Notes under the pieces: generated by a model
Database searches by the model: none
What the model saw: only the letters and a program-made list of their open reading frames with translations
What the model was told of the DNA's origin: nothing
Position numbers and translations under genes: made by a program
Assembly (NCBI GenBank): GCA_018399745.1
Contig: JAGYNZ010000005.1
Span: 23,765 to 87,764, forward strand
Source: Deltaproteobacteria bacterium
Lineage (GTDB): Bacteria; Desulfobacterota; Dissulfuribacteria; Dissulfuribacterales; UBA3076
Direction: 5' to 3'
DNA: 64,000 nt
Shown here: one piece after another, positions 1-10,317 of the stretch
How the letters are laid out: each line of letters opens with the position of its first letter
Numbering within the stretch: position 1 is the stretch's first letter

Positions 1-766
1 AGCCACTGAGGCCGGTTGTCCTCTGGCAGTAAAAGGTGAGACCCTGGGAGAGGCCGCGGAGATCTCGGAACAGTTGCAAAAGGCAGGACTGAAAGACCTT
101 GTCCTGGACACCGGCGCCAGGACCCTAAGGGCCGCCTTTGAAGATCACGTGGCCATACGCAGGGCCTCTATTAAACACAAGTATAAGGCCCTTGGGTTTC
201 CAACCATCTTTTTTGCGTGTGAGATGACCCGGGACCCTCTTCTGGAGACAATGATTGCATCGGTTATGCTGGCCAAGTATGCCGGCATAATAGTCCTTTC
301 CGATCTGCAGGGAGATACCCTGTTCCCGCTTCTGCTCGAGCGACTCAACCTCTTTACCGATCCTCAGCGGCCTATGGTGGTCGAGGAGGATATCTATCCA
401 ATAAACGGGCCGGACGAGAATTCTCCCGTACTTATTACATGCAACTTTTCTCTGACGTACTTTATCGTTTCAGGAGAAGTTGAGGCCAGCAAAGTCCCTT
501 CCTGGCTCTTAATCAAAGATACAGAAGGTCTTTCAGTGCTTACCGCCTGGGCCGCAGGAAAATTCAGTGCGGATCTGATAGGTGTGTTTATCAAAAAATC
601 AAATATAGAAGACAGGATCAAACACAGAATTCTTATTATCCCAGGATATCTTGCATCTATAAAAGGTGAGCTGGAGGAAGAGCTTCCGGACTGGAAGATC
701 CAGATCGGCCCCAGAGAGGCAAGCCATATACCACCATTTCTGAGGGATTGGCAGTCTGAGGTGTAG
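1..766 (+). CDS. acsC: Corrinoid iron-sulfur protein large subunit (acetyl-CoA synthase/decarbonylase gamma subunit), C-terminal part; 5' end lies outside the window
   Basis: The reading frame is open from the window edge to the stop at 764-766. The block NFSLTYFIVSGEVEASKVPSWLLIKDTEGLSVLTAWAAGKF matches my memory of the AcsC/CdhE corrinoid-binding C-terminus. acsE follows 2 nt later. Confidence 0.8.
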   Translation, partial: ATEAGCPLAVKGETLGEAAEISEQLQKAGLKDLVLDTGARTLRAAFEDHVAIRRASIKHKYKALGFPTIFFACEMTRDPLLETMIASVMLAKYAGIIVLSDLQGDTLFPLLLERLNLFTDPQRPMVVEEDIYPINGPDENSPVLITCNFSLTYFIVSGEVEASKVPSWLLIKDTEGLSVLTAWAAGKFSADLIGVFIKKSNIEDRIKHRILIIPGYLASIKGELEEELPDWKIQIGPREASHIPPFLRDWQSEV

Positions 767-768
767 TC

Positions 769-1659
769 ATGTATGTCCAATGCATAGCTGAAAGTATAAA
801 TATTATGGGTACACGGATAGGAAAGGCCATGAAAGAGCGGGATCCAGAGCCGATCAAGGTGATGGCCAATGAAGAGGTGGCGGACGGGGCGGATTTTCTG
901 GATCTGAACATTGGGCCTGCCAGAAAAGAAGGGCCTGAGTTGATGCCCTGGATGGTCAATATTACGGAGGAAATAACCGATTGCCCCCTTTCCCTTGATA
1001 CTACAAATGCCGATGCATTGATTGCCGGCATGAAGGCAGCCGGAAACCCCCGAAACCACATAATGAATTCGATCTCGCTTCAGCCTGAGAGAATGGAAAA
1101 GCTTATACCTGTAGCTGCTGATACAGGCTGTAGTGTTGTGGGTCTGCTATGGGGAGTTGATGGTATGCCCCGGGATTCCAACGAGCGGGCCGCCATGACT
1201 GTAGACCTGGTCGTGGCCATGAACGAGGCCGGAATCCCAAACGAAAAAATTCTGATAGATCCAATAGCCACCCCGATAACCCTGGGATCAGAACAGGTAA
1301 TGAGCGGGCTGGAATTCATGGGCATGTTGTCTGAAATCGCCCCGGGCGTAAAGTCCACAATAGGCCTGTCAAATGTCTCAAACGGCGTTTCCACTGAGAA
1401 GAGACCGTATCTCAACCGGGCCTTTCTGGCCATGTTGATGAAATATGAAATATGGTCGGCCATTGTCGACACATACGATCATGAGTTAATTAAACTGGCC
1501 CATGGGCAAATGCCTGAACTGCTGAGGCTTGTTCACGATATAATGGATGAAAACGAACCTGATCCAGGCACCCTTTCCCCCAAGGAAACGGAATACTACA
1601 AGACGACTAGAGTCCTGATGGGAAAGACCATATTTTCTGAGTCATGGCTGGAGCTGTGA
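769..1659 (+). CDS. acsE: Methyltetrahydrofolate:corrinoid/iron-sulfur protein methyltransferase (pterin-binding domain)
   Basis: 296-aa ORF with pterin-binding barrel blocks: GADFLDLNIGP, LSLDTTN, ILIDPIATP, IGLSNVSNG. It is in synteny with acsC. Confidence 0.85.
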   Translation: MYVQCIAESINIMGTRIGKAMKERDPEPIKVMANEEVADGADFLDLNIGPARKEGPELMPWMVNITEEITDCPLSLDTTNADALIAGMKAAGNPRNHIMNSISLQPERMEKLIPVAADTGCSVVGLLWGVDGMPRDSNERAAMTVDLVVAMNEAGIPNEKILIDPIATPITLGSEQVMSGLEFMGMLSEIAPGVKSTIGLSNVSNGVSTEKRPYLNRAFLAMLMKYEIWSAIVDTYDHELIKLAHGQMPELLRLVHDIMDENEPDPGTLSPKETEYYKTTRVLMGKTIFSESWLEL

Positions 1660-1832
1660 TTGAAAATAATGAATCACCATGTTACATGGATACTGTCATC
1701 GGGTTTCTGAAAGGGGCCATTTTTACGTTTTGACACAATTGAATAGAATGGGGATCTCTTGCCGGAAAAGATGTCTTTTCAGCACAGGTAATCCCTGCTT
1801 GCAGCATAATACGCAAAAGAGGTGAATTTTAA

Positions 1833-2843
1833 ATGGCTAAAGGTATAACTGTTACCGAGTTTATCTTGACCAGACAAAAAGAACAGCCCGAGGCAACAGG
1901 TGCATTTACATCTATTCTGTCAGAGCTGACGGTTGCAGCTAAGATAATAGCGCAAAAGGTAGATAAGGCAAATTTGTCTGATTCCTTAGACACTATGGAG
2001 ACAGAAAGCCTCGGCGAGGCGTTTGTACAAAAATTGCGCGAATATGCCAACTCCACGATTGTAAACCGCCTCAGTCATATAGGACACCTGACTTGTATGG
2101 CCTCAAAGATGAATACCGATTTAATACCGATCCCCAAGGAGTATACAAGGGGCAACTATATACTGATCTTTGATCCTCTGGGTGGTGTCACTAATATTGA
2201 CGTACCTGTTACGATCGGTACGGTCTTCTCAATCCTCAAAAAACAGGGTCCTATGGAATTTGGCTTAATGGCAGAGGCCTTGCAGCCTGGTCATAAACAG
2301 GTAGCAGCAGGGTATTTTATTTATGGATCGAGCAAGATTATGGTCTACACAACTGGAGACGGGGTACATGGCTTTACGCTGCAACCAAGTATCGGCGAGT
2401 TTCTCCTCTCTCATGAAAACATTCGTATACCCAAAAAAAGCAAGACTTACAGCGTTAATGAGGGGAACTATTATTTCTGGGAGGAAAATATCCAGAACGT
2501 TATTGAGTACTTTAAGACGCCGGATATAAAGACTGGCCGTCCTTATACAGCGCGGTATACCGGTTCTTTTGTAACGGATATTCACCGGAATCTACTGAAA
2601 GGCGGGATATATATGTATCCGGCAAACTCAAAGGATCCTTCAAAGCCCCATGGAAAACTGATGCTCACATGCGAAGTCAATCCCCTGGCCTTTATAGTCG
2701 AACAGGCAGGAGGGGCTGCAGGCACCGGGACAGAACGTATACTCGATCTTGAACCACAACATCTTCATCAAAGGGTGCCGGTGTTCATCGGCAGCATAGA
2801 AGATGTGCGGATGGCTGAAAGCATCATTCAGGGTAAGCATTAG
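1833..2843 (+). CDS. fbp: Fructose-1,6-bisphosphatase, class I
   Basis: 336 aa. N-terminal TVTEFILTRQKEQPEATGAFTSIL and C-terminal RYTGSFVTDIHRNLLKGGIYMYP / GKLMLTCEVNPLAFIVEQAGG blocks are typical of class I FBPase. Confidence 0.9.
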   Translation: MAKGITVTEFILTRQKEQPEATGAFTSILSELTVAAKIIAQKVDKANLSDSLDTMETESLGEAFVQKLREYANSTIVNRLSHIGHLTCMASKMNTDLIPIPKEYTRGNYILIFDPLGGVTNIDVPVTIGTVFSILKKQGPMEFGLMAEALQPGHKQVAAGYFIYGSSKIMVYTTGDGVHGFTLQPSIGEFLLSHENIRIPKKSKTYSVNEGNYYFWEENIQNVIEYFKTPDIKTGRPYTARYTGSFVTDIHRNLLKGGIYMYPANSKDPSKPHGKLMLTCEVNPLAFIVEQAGGAAGTGTERILDLEPQHLHQRVPVFIGSIEDVRMAESIIQGKH

Positions 2844-2884
2844 GAAAAGAATTTAGGACTAAGGATCTTATAACTTATAATTGT

Positions 2885-3358
2885 ATGGATATTGAAAGAC
2901 TAAATAAGATACTTGCAGTTTTTGAAGGAGAACAGGGAGGATTAATCTCCATCTTGCAGAGGGTTCAGGAGGAGTTTGGTTATCTGCCCGAGGTCGCATT
3001 ATACTCAATTGCAAATTTTTTGAAGTTGTCGCCGAGTCAGGTATTCAGCGTAGCAACGTTCTATGACCATTTCTATCTGACGCGCCGGGGTGACCATTTA
3101 GTCTCCGTATGCCAGGGGACTGCCTGTCATGTATTAGGCGCACGCGATATCCTGGAAACAGCGGAAAAGTGCCTCGGCATCAAGACAGGTCAGACGACCC
3201 CGGATTATAAATACAGTCTAAAACGGGTTGCCTGTCTTGGATCATGTGCCTTGGCTCCGGTTGTCATTTTAGATGACCAGGTGCATTCGAGAATGACAGT
3301 GAGAAAGGTTAAAAAATTACTAACAGAAGACCTCGATAGGACTGACCCACAGACATGA
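2885..3358 (+). CDS. NuoE/HoxE-like thioredoxin-fold [2Fe-2S] subunit of a soluble NAD(P)H-linked oxidoreductase
   Basis: 157 aa with the Cys pattern CQGTACH ... CLGSCALAP. It lies directly upstream of the NuoF-like gene. Confidence 0.85.
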   Translation: MDIERLNKILAVFEGEQGGLISILQRVQEEFGYLPEVALYSIANFLKLSPSQVFSVATFYDHFYLTRRGDHLVSVCQGTACHVLGARDILETAEKCLGIKTGQTTPDYKYSLKRVACLGSCALAPVVILDDQVHSRMTVRKVKKLLTEDLDRTDPQT

Positions 3359-3389
3359 TTTCGCTCAAAATTTTCTTCGCCGTAGAGAT

Positions 3390-5318
3390 ATGAAAAAATC
3401 GATCTCAATACCATCAATAAAAAACTACAGAATAGATAGTGTGGAGTCGTTGAGACGCCTGAGGGAGATCCTTGTTGCCGGTGAACAGACAACCGGCAAA
3501 TTTGTCAATGTCTGCTGTGGAAGCGGGTGTATATCGTCCGGGAGTGAACATGTCAGGGAGGCCTTTGTCAGTGGAATCAAGGGGCATGAACTTGAAGATG
3601 AGATAAAGGTCAAAAAGACAGGTTGTCACGGATTTTGCGAGAGGGGTCCGATTGTGGTTGTGGGCCCAAAGAATATATTTTACCAGCACGTAACAAAAGA
3701 GGATGTGCCGGAAATCATTTCCGAGACATTGCTTGAAGATCGAGTGGTTGAAAGGCTCTTATATGAAGATCCCGTTACCGGTCAAAAGTGCCTTCATGAA
3801 AATGATATTCCTTTTTACAGGAAACAGAAAAGGATTGTGCTGAAGAATTGCGGTCTCATAGATCCTACCAGCATTGAAGACTATATAAAAGTCGATGGTT
3901 TTCAGGCGCTTGCCAAAATTCTGTCTCACATGACTCCTGAAGAAGTCATTGGAGAGATCAAACTCAGCGGTCTGCGAGGAAGGGGAGGTGCAGGGTTCCC
4001 AACCGGTATCAAGTGGGAAACAGCACGCAATGCCTCTGGTGAAGAAAAGTACATCATCTGTAACGGCGATGAGGGTGATCCGGGTGCCTTTATGGACCGA
4101 AGCGTTATGGAAGGAGACCCCTACAGCGTTATTGAAGGGATGATGATCGCCGGTTATGCCGTTGGGGCCTCTCAAGGGATCATATATGTGCGTGCTGAAT
4201 ATCCGCTGGCTGTCCATCATCTGTCCACGGCCATCGCTCAAGTTACTGATCTGGGGCTTCTCGGGCGCAATATCATGGAAAGCGGGTTTGATTTTGAAAT
4301 CAAGATCGTAAAGGGGGCGGGCGCATTTGTGTGTGGAGAAGAAACAGCACTTATCGCCTCCATCGAAGGTAAAAGCGGCCGGCCAAAACCAAAACCCCCC
4401 TTCCCCGCCATACAGGGGCTGTGGGGCAAACCTACGGTCATAAATAACGTGGAGACAATGGCAAACGTGTCCAGAATCATCCTGAATGGTCACGAGTGGT
4501 ATTCCGGAATAGGCACCCCCACTGACAAAGGGACCAAGATATTCTCGCTCGTGGGAAAGGTCCGGAATGTAGGCCTCGTCGAAGTGGAGATGGGTACGAC
4601 GCTTCGCGAAATCATCTTTGACATAGGCGGTGGGATCCAGGGAGGAAAGCGTTTCAAGGCAGTCCAGACAGGCGGGCCTTCCGGCGGATGTATTCCTGAA
4701 GAACTTTTGGATTTGCCAGTTGGGTATGAATCACTGGCCAAGGCTGGTTCGATCATGGGCTCCGGGGGTATGCTCGTTATGGATGAGGACACGTGTGTTG
4801 TAAATATAGCCCGCTACTTCCTCGATTTTGCTCGAAATGAATCATGCGGTCAGTGTACTCCATGCAGGCTCGGTACAAAGCAGATGTTCAAGATTCTGCA
4901 GGACATTACAAGAGGAAAGGGAAGGCCAGGGGATATCGAGATCCTGCTCGAACTGTCTGATGCAGTTAAGCATGGCTCCATTTGCGGTCTTGGAATGACA
5001 GTGCCTAACCCGGTATTGTCTACCATACGCTATTTTCGCAAGGAATATGAAGAACACATCCTTGAAGGTCGCTGCCGGGCCCTTGTCTGCAGATCACTGA
5101 TTTTCTATCGTATCAAGGACTACAGGTGCAAGGCCTGCTTAAAATGTCTTCAGGCTTGTCCGGTTGACGCCATTATAGGCGCGAAATGGCAGGTACACGA
5201 GATTGACCAGAGTAAGTGTATCAAATGCGGGACCTGCATGCAGGTCTGTCCTCCACGATTCAGCGCAGTGGAATGTGTTACAGGTCTGATAGAAGGCTCG
5301 GGTGATAAGAGTGAGTAG
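3390..5318 (+). CDS. NuoF-like flavoprotein subunit (FMN/NAD(P)H-binding) with an N-terminal 2Fe-2S domain and a C-terminal 2x[4Fe-4S] ferredoxin domain
   Basis: 642 aa. It has the GRGGAGFPTGIKW nucleotide/FMN block, the ESCGQCTPCR cluster motif, and C-terminal CKACLKCLQACP and CIKCGTCMQVCP motifs. Confidence 0.88.
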   Translation: MKKSISIPSIKNYRIDSVESLRRLREILVAGEQTTGKFVNVCCGSGCISSGSEHVREAFVSGIKGHELEDEIKVKKTGCHGFCERGPIVVVGPKNIFYQHVTKEDVPEIISETLLEDRVVERLLYEDPVTGQKCLHENDIPFYRKQKRIVLKNCGLIDPTSIEDYIKVDGFQALAKILSHMTPEEVIGEIKLSGLRGRGGAGFPTGIKWETARNASGEEKYIICNGDEGDPGAFMDRSVMEGDPYSVIEGMMIAGYAVGASQGIIYVRAEYPLAVHHLSTAIAQVTDLGLLGRNIMESGFDFEIKIVKGAGAFVCGEETALIASIEGKSGRPKPKPPFPAIQGLWGKPTVINNVETMANVSRIILNGHEWYSGIGTPTDKGTKIFSLVGKVRNVGLVEVEMGTTLREIIFDIGGGIQGGKRFKAVQTGGPSGGCIPEELLDLPVGYESLAKAGSIMGSGGMLVMDEDTCVVNIARYFLDFARNESCGQCTPCRLGTKQMFKILQDITRGKGRPGDIEILLELSDAVKHGSICGLGMTVPNPVLSTIRYFRKEYEEHILEGRCRALVCRSLIFYRIKDYRCKACLKCLQACPVDAIIGAKWQVHEIDQSKCIKCGTCMQVCPPRFSAVECVTGLIEGSGDKSE

Positions 5319-8115
5319 CGTTTCTTTGAACATAAACGGAATTACGGTAATGGCCGATGAAGGTGCTACGGTCCTCACGGCGGCCCAGGATGCAGGTATC
5401 TATATCCCTGCCCTGTGCCATTGTCCTGATGTATCATCCCAGGGCGTATGTCGTCTGTGTCTGGTCAGGATCGAAGGCCGCAGAAGACCTGAACCGGCCT
5501 GCCGGACCATTATAGAAGAGGGGATGGTGGTTTTTACGGACGATCCTGAAATCGAACGATTGCGCCGGGTGATTCTTGAACTCATTCTGAGTGATCATGA
5601 TTTTAACTGCCTTCTGTGTCCAAAGAGCGGGCAGTGCCGCCTGCAGGAACTGGTGAACCGTATTGGTTTCGATGAGCATAGGTTCAGTCGCTTAGAGCAT
5701 ACGGCCAAAGACCTTCCTATTGATACCAGCAACCCGTTTTTTGATTTCAATCCCAACAAGTGTGTCCAGTGCACCATATGCGTCCGTACCTGTCATGAGA
5801 TTGCAGGTATTGACGCAATCGACATGGCATATCGGAGTGACAACCTCAGGGTCAGTACATTTGCCAACAAACCCCTCAAAGACTCTGTCTGTGTGTCTTG
5901 CGGCGAATGTATGGAGCGTTGTCCGGTAGGTGCCCTTATACCCAAGAAGTTCAAACATCCGACCCGTGAAGTAAAGACCACCTGTCCATACTGTGGTGTG
6001 GGATGCGGGCTTTATCTCGGGATCCGTGGAAACACCATTGTGAGGGCCAGGGGCGATGATGAAAGCCCTGTTAACCATGGAGGCCTGTGTGTTCGCGGGC
6101 GCTTTGGTTACGACTTCGTTAATAGTCCGGACAGGCTGTCTCTTCCACTTATGCGTGCTTACGATGAATATGCACAGCCGTCCTCTGTAGTTGAAATGAA
6201 CGAAGAAGGCAGACCGATTACATTGCCCCTTGTAAAGAGAGAAGGAAAGTTTGTGGAGATTACCTGGGACCAGGCAATCAGATATGTGGCCAGCAGTCTG
6301 GCCCATTACAAAGGAGATGAGATCGCCGCCATTTCTTCTGCCAGATGCACCAATGAGGAGAATTACCTGTTTCAAAAGTTCACCAGGGTGGCCCTGGAAA
6401 CCAATAATATCGACCACTGCGCCCGTCTCTGACACGCGCCGACGGTGGCCGGTCTGGCCGCCAGTTTCGGCAGCGGTGCCATGACGAACTCCATTAACGA
6501 GATCAGCGAGGCGGCCTGCATCTTTGCCATTGGGACCAATACTACTGCTAATCATCCGATTATAGGCAGACAGGTGACCAGGGCTGTACAAAAGGGTGCA
6601 AGGCTTATTGTGGCGGATCCCAGGCGAATACCTCTGTGCCGTTTAGCCGATATCTGGCTCAGGCTCCGTCCGGGAACCGATATAGCACTGATTAACGGGA
6701 TAATGAGGGTCATTATCGAAGAAAATCTTATGGATACAGCCTTTATCGAGGAACGATGTGAAGATTATGAGGCATTTGAGGCATCCATTATGGAGCATGA
6801 TCTGGCAGCCGCTGAAAAAATTACCGGTGTTTCCGCACAGGACATAGTGAGAGCAGCCAGAATGTATGGCTCTATTGCACCTGCAACCATTCTGTATACC
6901 CTTGGTATTACTGAGCATTCGCACGGGACGGATAATGTCCGGGCCCTGGCCAACCTGGCCCTGCTTACAGGTAATATAGGTAGGCCTTCAACCGGCGTAA
7001 ATCCCTTAAGAGGACAGAATAACGTTCAGGGTGCCTGTGATATGGGGGCGCTTCCCAACGTTTACACCGGTTATCAGGAGGTGGAGAATGAAGAGGTGCG
7101 GATAAAATTTGAAAGGGCATGGAATTGTAAGCTCAGTCCTTCAAACGGGCTCAAAATGACCGAGATGTTTGACGCAGCCCACGAGGGCCGGATTAAGGCC
7201 CTCTACCTGAAGGGCGAAGACCCTGTAGTCACGGACGCGGATACCACTTTCATCGAAAAGGCCATATCGCACCTGGAGCTGTTTATCGTGCAGGATATTT
7301 TCCTTACAGAGACAGCGAGGTTGGCGGATGTTGTGCTTCCGGCCGCCAGTTTTGCCGAAAAAGATGGCACCTTTACAAACACCGAACGCCGGGTGCAAAG
7401 GATCCGCAAGGCAATAGAGCCCAGAGGTAATTCACGTCCAGACTGGATGATCATATGTGATATTGCAAGAAGCATGGGGGTTGAGGGTTTTGATTTTGAC
7501 AATACTCAAGAAATTTTTGAGGAGATGCGCGTCCTGACTCCGAGTTACTCGGGTATCAATTATGAGCGTATTGAGAAATCCGGCATCCAATGGCCTTGCC
7601 CGGATAATGAACACCCGGGGACCCCTTATCTGTATAGCGAACGTTTCAATACATCGAGCGGACGCGCAAAATTCGCGCCTGTTTCTTACCGCCCTTCGGC
7701 AGAGACTACCAGCCACGAGTATCCTTTTATCCTTATTACAAGGCGAAGCGCCTTCCATTATCACGCGGTTATGACGCATAAGGCTGAAGGCTTTGATGAA
7801 CTTCGTAAGGAGGAGCGTATTGAAATACATCCGACCGATGCGGCTACCCTGGAGATCCAGGATGGTGAAGTCATAAAAGTGAGCTCAAGGAGAGGGAGTG
7901 TAAAGGCTAAGGCAAATATAACAGAAGTTGTGCCTGCCGGTGTGGTGTGCATGACCTTTAATTTTGCCGAGACCAGGACAAATATCCTGACCAACAGGGC
8001 ACTGGACCCTGTTGCCAAGACACCTGAATTCAAGGTATGTGCAGTCAAAATCGAACGGGAAGAATCTGCATATATTACGAAAGACTATATCAGATGGGGT
8101 ACAGGGAAAAGTTGA
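5302..8115 (+). CDS. fdhA: Formate dehydrogenase catalytic (alpha) subunit, selenocysteine-containing (UGA at 6430-6432), with an N-terminal NuoG-like 2Fe-2S/4Fe-4S domain
   Basis: ORFs 5302-6432 and 6445-8115 are in the same frame. Reading through the TGA gives [30 protein letters not shown], the molybdopterin FDH active-site context. A SECIS-like hairpin lies directly downstream, and selB is present in the window. The start could be GTG 5302 or GTG 5311. Confidence 0.9.
6438..6471 (+). promoter_or_regulatory. SECIS-like mRNA hairpin directing Sec insertion at UGA 6430-6432
   Basis: GCCGA-CGGUGGCC-[GGUCU]-GGCCGCC-A-G-UU-UCGGC folds into about 13 bp (one G.U pair, one bulge). It starts 6 nt after the UGA, and its apical GGUCU is as I recall for E. 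coli fdhF. Confidence 0.7.
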
Positions 8116-8118
8116 TTT

Positions 8119-8188
8119 GAAACTTGAAATTAGAAATTGGGAAAAACAAATTTTCAGTAAAGATGTCGAATTTTCATTTGAATTTGTG
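8119..8188. repeat. Cargo-less heptamer-armed inverted-repeat element (GAAACTT GAAATTA GAAATTG ... degenerate right arm)
   Basis: It starts 3 nt after the fdhA stop (8113-8115). The left arm is near-identical to those at 10819, 10937 and 56296. The right arm gaattttcatttgaatttgtg is a degenerate complement. Confidence 0.6.
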
Positions 8189-8230
8189 AACGGTTAAACA
8201 TAAATCTATAAAAGGAAGGGATTAGCATCT

Positions 8231-10306
8231 ATGGACGTCAGCCACATAAGAAATTTTGCTCTTGTCGCCCAAAGTGGCAGCGGCAAGACCTCTTTGGCAG
8301 AGGCCATGCTTTTTACCGCCAAGGCGATTTCACGCATGGGCAAAGTCGATGAGGGATCTTCAGTGTTGGACTTTGAGCCTGAAGAGGTCAAACGCAACAT
8401 GTCAGTCAGCACGGCGTTTCATCACCTGAACTGGAAAAAGGCCGAAGTTTACCTTATAGATACCCCTGGGGATGACAACTTCCTCGCTGAGGCCAAGATG
8501 GCCATCAGGGCGGCAGACAATGTATTGTTCGTAGTAGATGCTGTAAGTCCGGTAAAACCGCAGACACAGAAGGTATGGTCCATTATCAAAGATTCAGGCC
8601 GTCCTGTCATTATGTGTGTCAATAAAATGGACAAGGAAAGGGCAGATTTCCAAAAGGCCGTGGATGCTATCAAGGAGGCCCTGGGCATGAGACTGGTCCC
8701 GGTTTTTCTGCCGCTTGGGGAACAGGAGGATTTCAGGGGTATTGTAGATCTTATACAGATGAAGGCCTTTGAGTTTGGCAATGATGGAAGCGGCAATGCC
8801 AACCCTGTTGATATTCCGGCTGCTCTGCAGGACGAAGTTGAAAATTCAAGGGGCAATTTGATCGAGTTTGCCGCAGAATCCGACGATGTGCTGCTGGAAA
8901 AATTTTTGGAAGGCCAGGAGCTCACTCCTCAGGAGATCGTTGCCGGTCTGAAACAGGGAATAACCAGCGGAGGGTTTATACCCGTGTGCTGCTGTTCAGC
9001 ATTAAAAAACATGGCCAGCAACACCTTGCTCGACTTAATTGTAGAATTTCTGCCATCGCCTGATGAGCTTGGAAGCGTTTACGGCACTGATCCCAAAAGC
9101 GGAGATGAAACATCGCGCGATCCATCTCCTGAGGCCCCGGTATCAGGCCTTGTCTTTAAGACCCTCACAGATCCCTATACAGGGCGTCTTTCCATTATCA
9201 GGGTCTGCTCCGGCACGCTGAAACCTGACGGCTCACTCTATAATCCCAACAGGGAAAAGACTGAGCGTTACGGGCAGATATTTGTACTTGAAGGTAAGAC
9301 ACAAAGACCTTTAAAAGAGGCCGGACCCGGTGAGATAGTAGCAATAGCAAAGCTCAAGGAGACAGGCACCGGCGACACCCTCTGTGATTCATCGAATACG
9401 ATAATTTATCCTTTTGCAGCTCTTTCCCCTCCGGTCCTGACCTACGCCCTCAAGCCCAGAAGCCGGGGGGATGAGGAGAAGATAACCCAGTCTCTCGCAC
9501 GACTCCAGGAGGAGGATCCCACAATTTATGTGGACCGGGATCCGCAGACAAAGGAACTCCTGCTTTCAGGAAACGGGCAGATTCATATAGATGCCACTGT
9601 GGAAAAGATGGCGAGGAAGTTCGGCGTACAGGTGGATCTTGCCCTTCCACGCATCCCCTATCATGAGACCATAAAGACATCAAAGAAAGCCGTTATTTAT
9701 CGACACAAAAAACAGTCCGGTGGAGCAGGACAGTTCGCAGAGGTCCACTTTGATATTTCGCCGCTCCCAAGGGGTAAGGGCTTTGAGTTTGAAGAGGCAC
9801 TTGTGGGAATGAATGTCCCGCGGAATTTCGTTCCGGGAGTGGAAAAGGGGCTGAAGGAAGCCGTAGGGACCGGACCACTTGCCGGATACCCGGTTGTTGA
9901 TGTAAAGGTGCGCTTCTATGACGGTAAATCCCATGAGGTGGATTCTTCTGAAATTGCCTTTAAGATAGCATCCATAAATTGCTTCAAGAAGGGTGTACTG
10001 GAGGCCAGGCCTACACTGCTCGAACCCATTGTGAAACTTACCATAAACGTGCCGGATGACGCTGTTGGAGATATAATCGGTGACATAAACAGCAGAAGGG
10101 GCAAGGTCATGGGCATGGAGCCAGGCCAGGATGGACAGGCTATTATAGCGGTTGTGCCCCTGGCAGAGGTGCAGCGCTATATGCTGGATCTTAATGCCAT
10201 GACCGCCGGCCGTGGGACATTTACCGTGGAGCAATCTCATTACGAAGAGGTGCCGCCGAATCTGACTGATAAGATTATCAGCCAGGCCAGGGAAGAAAGG
10301 GTATAG
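8231..10306 (+). CDS. Elongation factor G family GTPase (EF-G paralogue)
   Basis: 691 aa with G motifs AQSGSGKTS, DTPGDDNF and NKMD, and EF-G domain II-V organisation along the full length. Confidence 0.9.
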   Translation: MDVSHIRNFALVAQSGSGKTSLAEAMLFTAKAISRMGKVDEGSSVLDFEPEEVKRNMSVSTAFHHLNWKKAEVYLIDTPGDDNFLAEAKMAIRAADNVLFVVDAVSPVKPQTQKVWSIIKDSGRPVIMCVNKMDKERADFQKAVDAIKEALGMRLVPVFLPLGEQEDFRGIVDLIQMKAFEFGNDGSGNANPVDIPAALQDEVENSRGNLIEFAAESDDVLLEKFLEGQELTPQEIVAGLKQGITSGGFIPVCCCSALKNMASNTLLDLIVEFLPSPDELGSVYGTDPKSGDETSRDPSPEAPVSGLVFKTLTDPYTGRLSIIRVCSGTLKPDGSLYNPNREKTERYGQIFVLEGKTQRPLKEAGPGEIVAIAKLKETGTGDTLCDSSNTIIYPFAALSPPVLTYALKPRSRGDEEKITQSLARLQEEDPTIYVDRDPQTKELLLSGNGQIHIDATVEKMARKFGVQVDLALPRIPYHETIKTSKKAVIYRHKKQSGGAGQFAEVHFDISPLPRGKGFEFEEALVGMNVPRNFVPGVEKGLKEAVGTGPLAGYPVVDVKVRFYDGKSHEVDSSEIAFKIASINCFKKGVLEARPTLLEPIVKLTINVPDDAVGDIIGDINSRRGKVMGMEPGQDGQAIIAVVPLAEVQRYMLDLNAMTAGRGTFTVEQSHYEEVPPNLTDKIISQAREERV

Positions 10307-10317
10307 AAGGACAGCCA

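Noticed and set aside
5692-6591. 299-aa ORF antisense to fdhA (and the smaller antisense ORFs 5400-5981)
   Set aside because: It lies entirely inside a strongly supported sense gene. The composition (R/G/P-rich, no motifs) is typical of shadow ORFs in GC-rich coding sequence.
6445-8115. ORF-track entry treated as an independent 556-aa gene starting at ATG 6445
   Set aside because: It is in frame with 5302-6432 and is separated only by a TGA in a canonical Sec active-site context with a SECIS-like hairpin. On its own it would lack the N-terminal Fe-S domains and the start of the molybdopterin domain.
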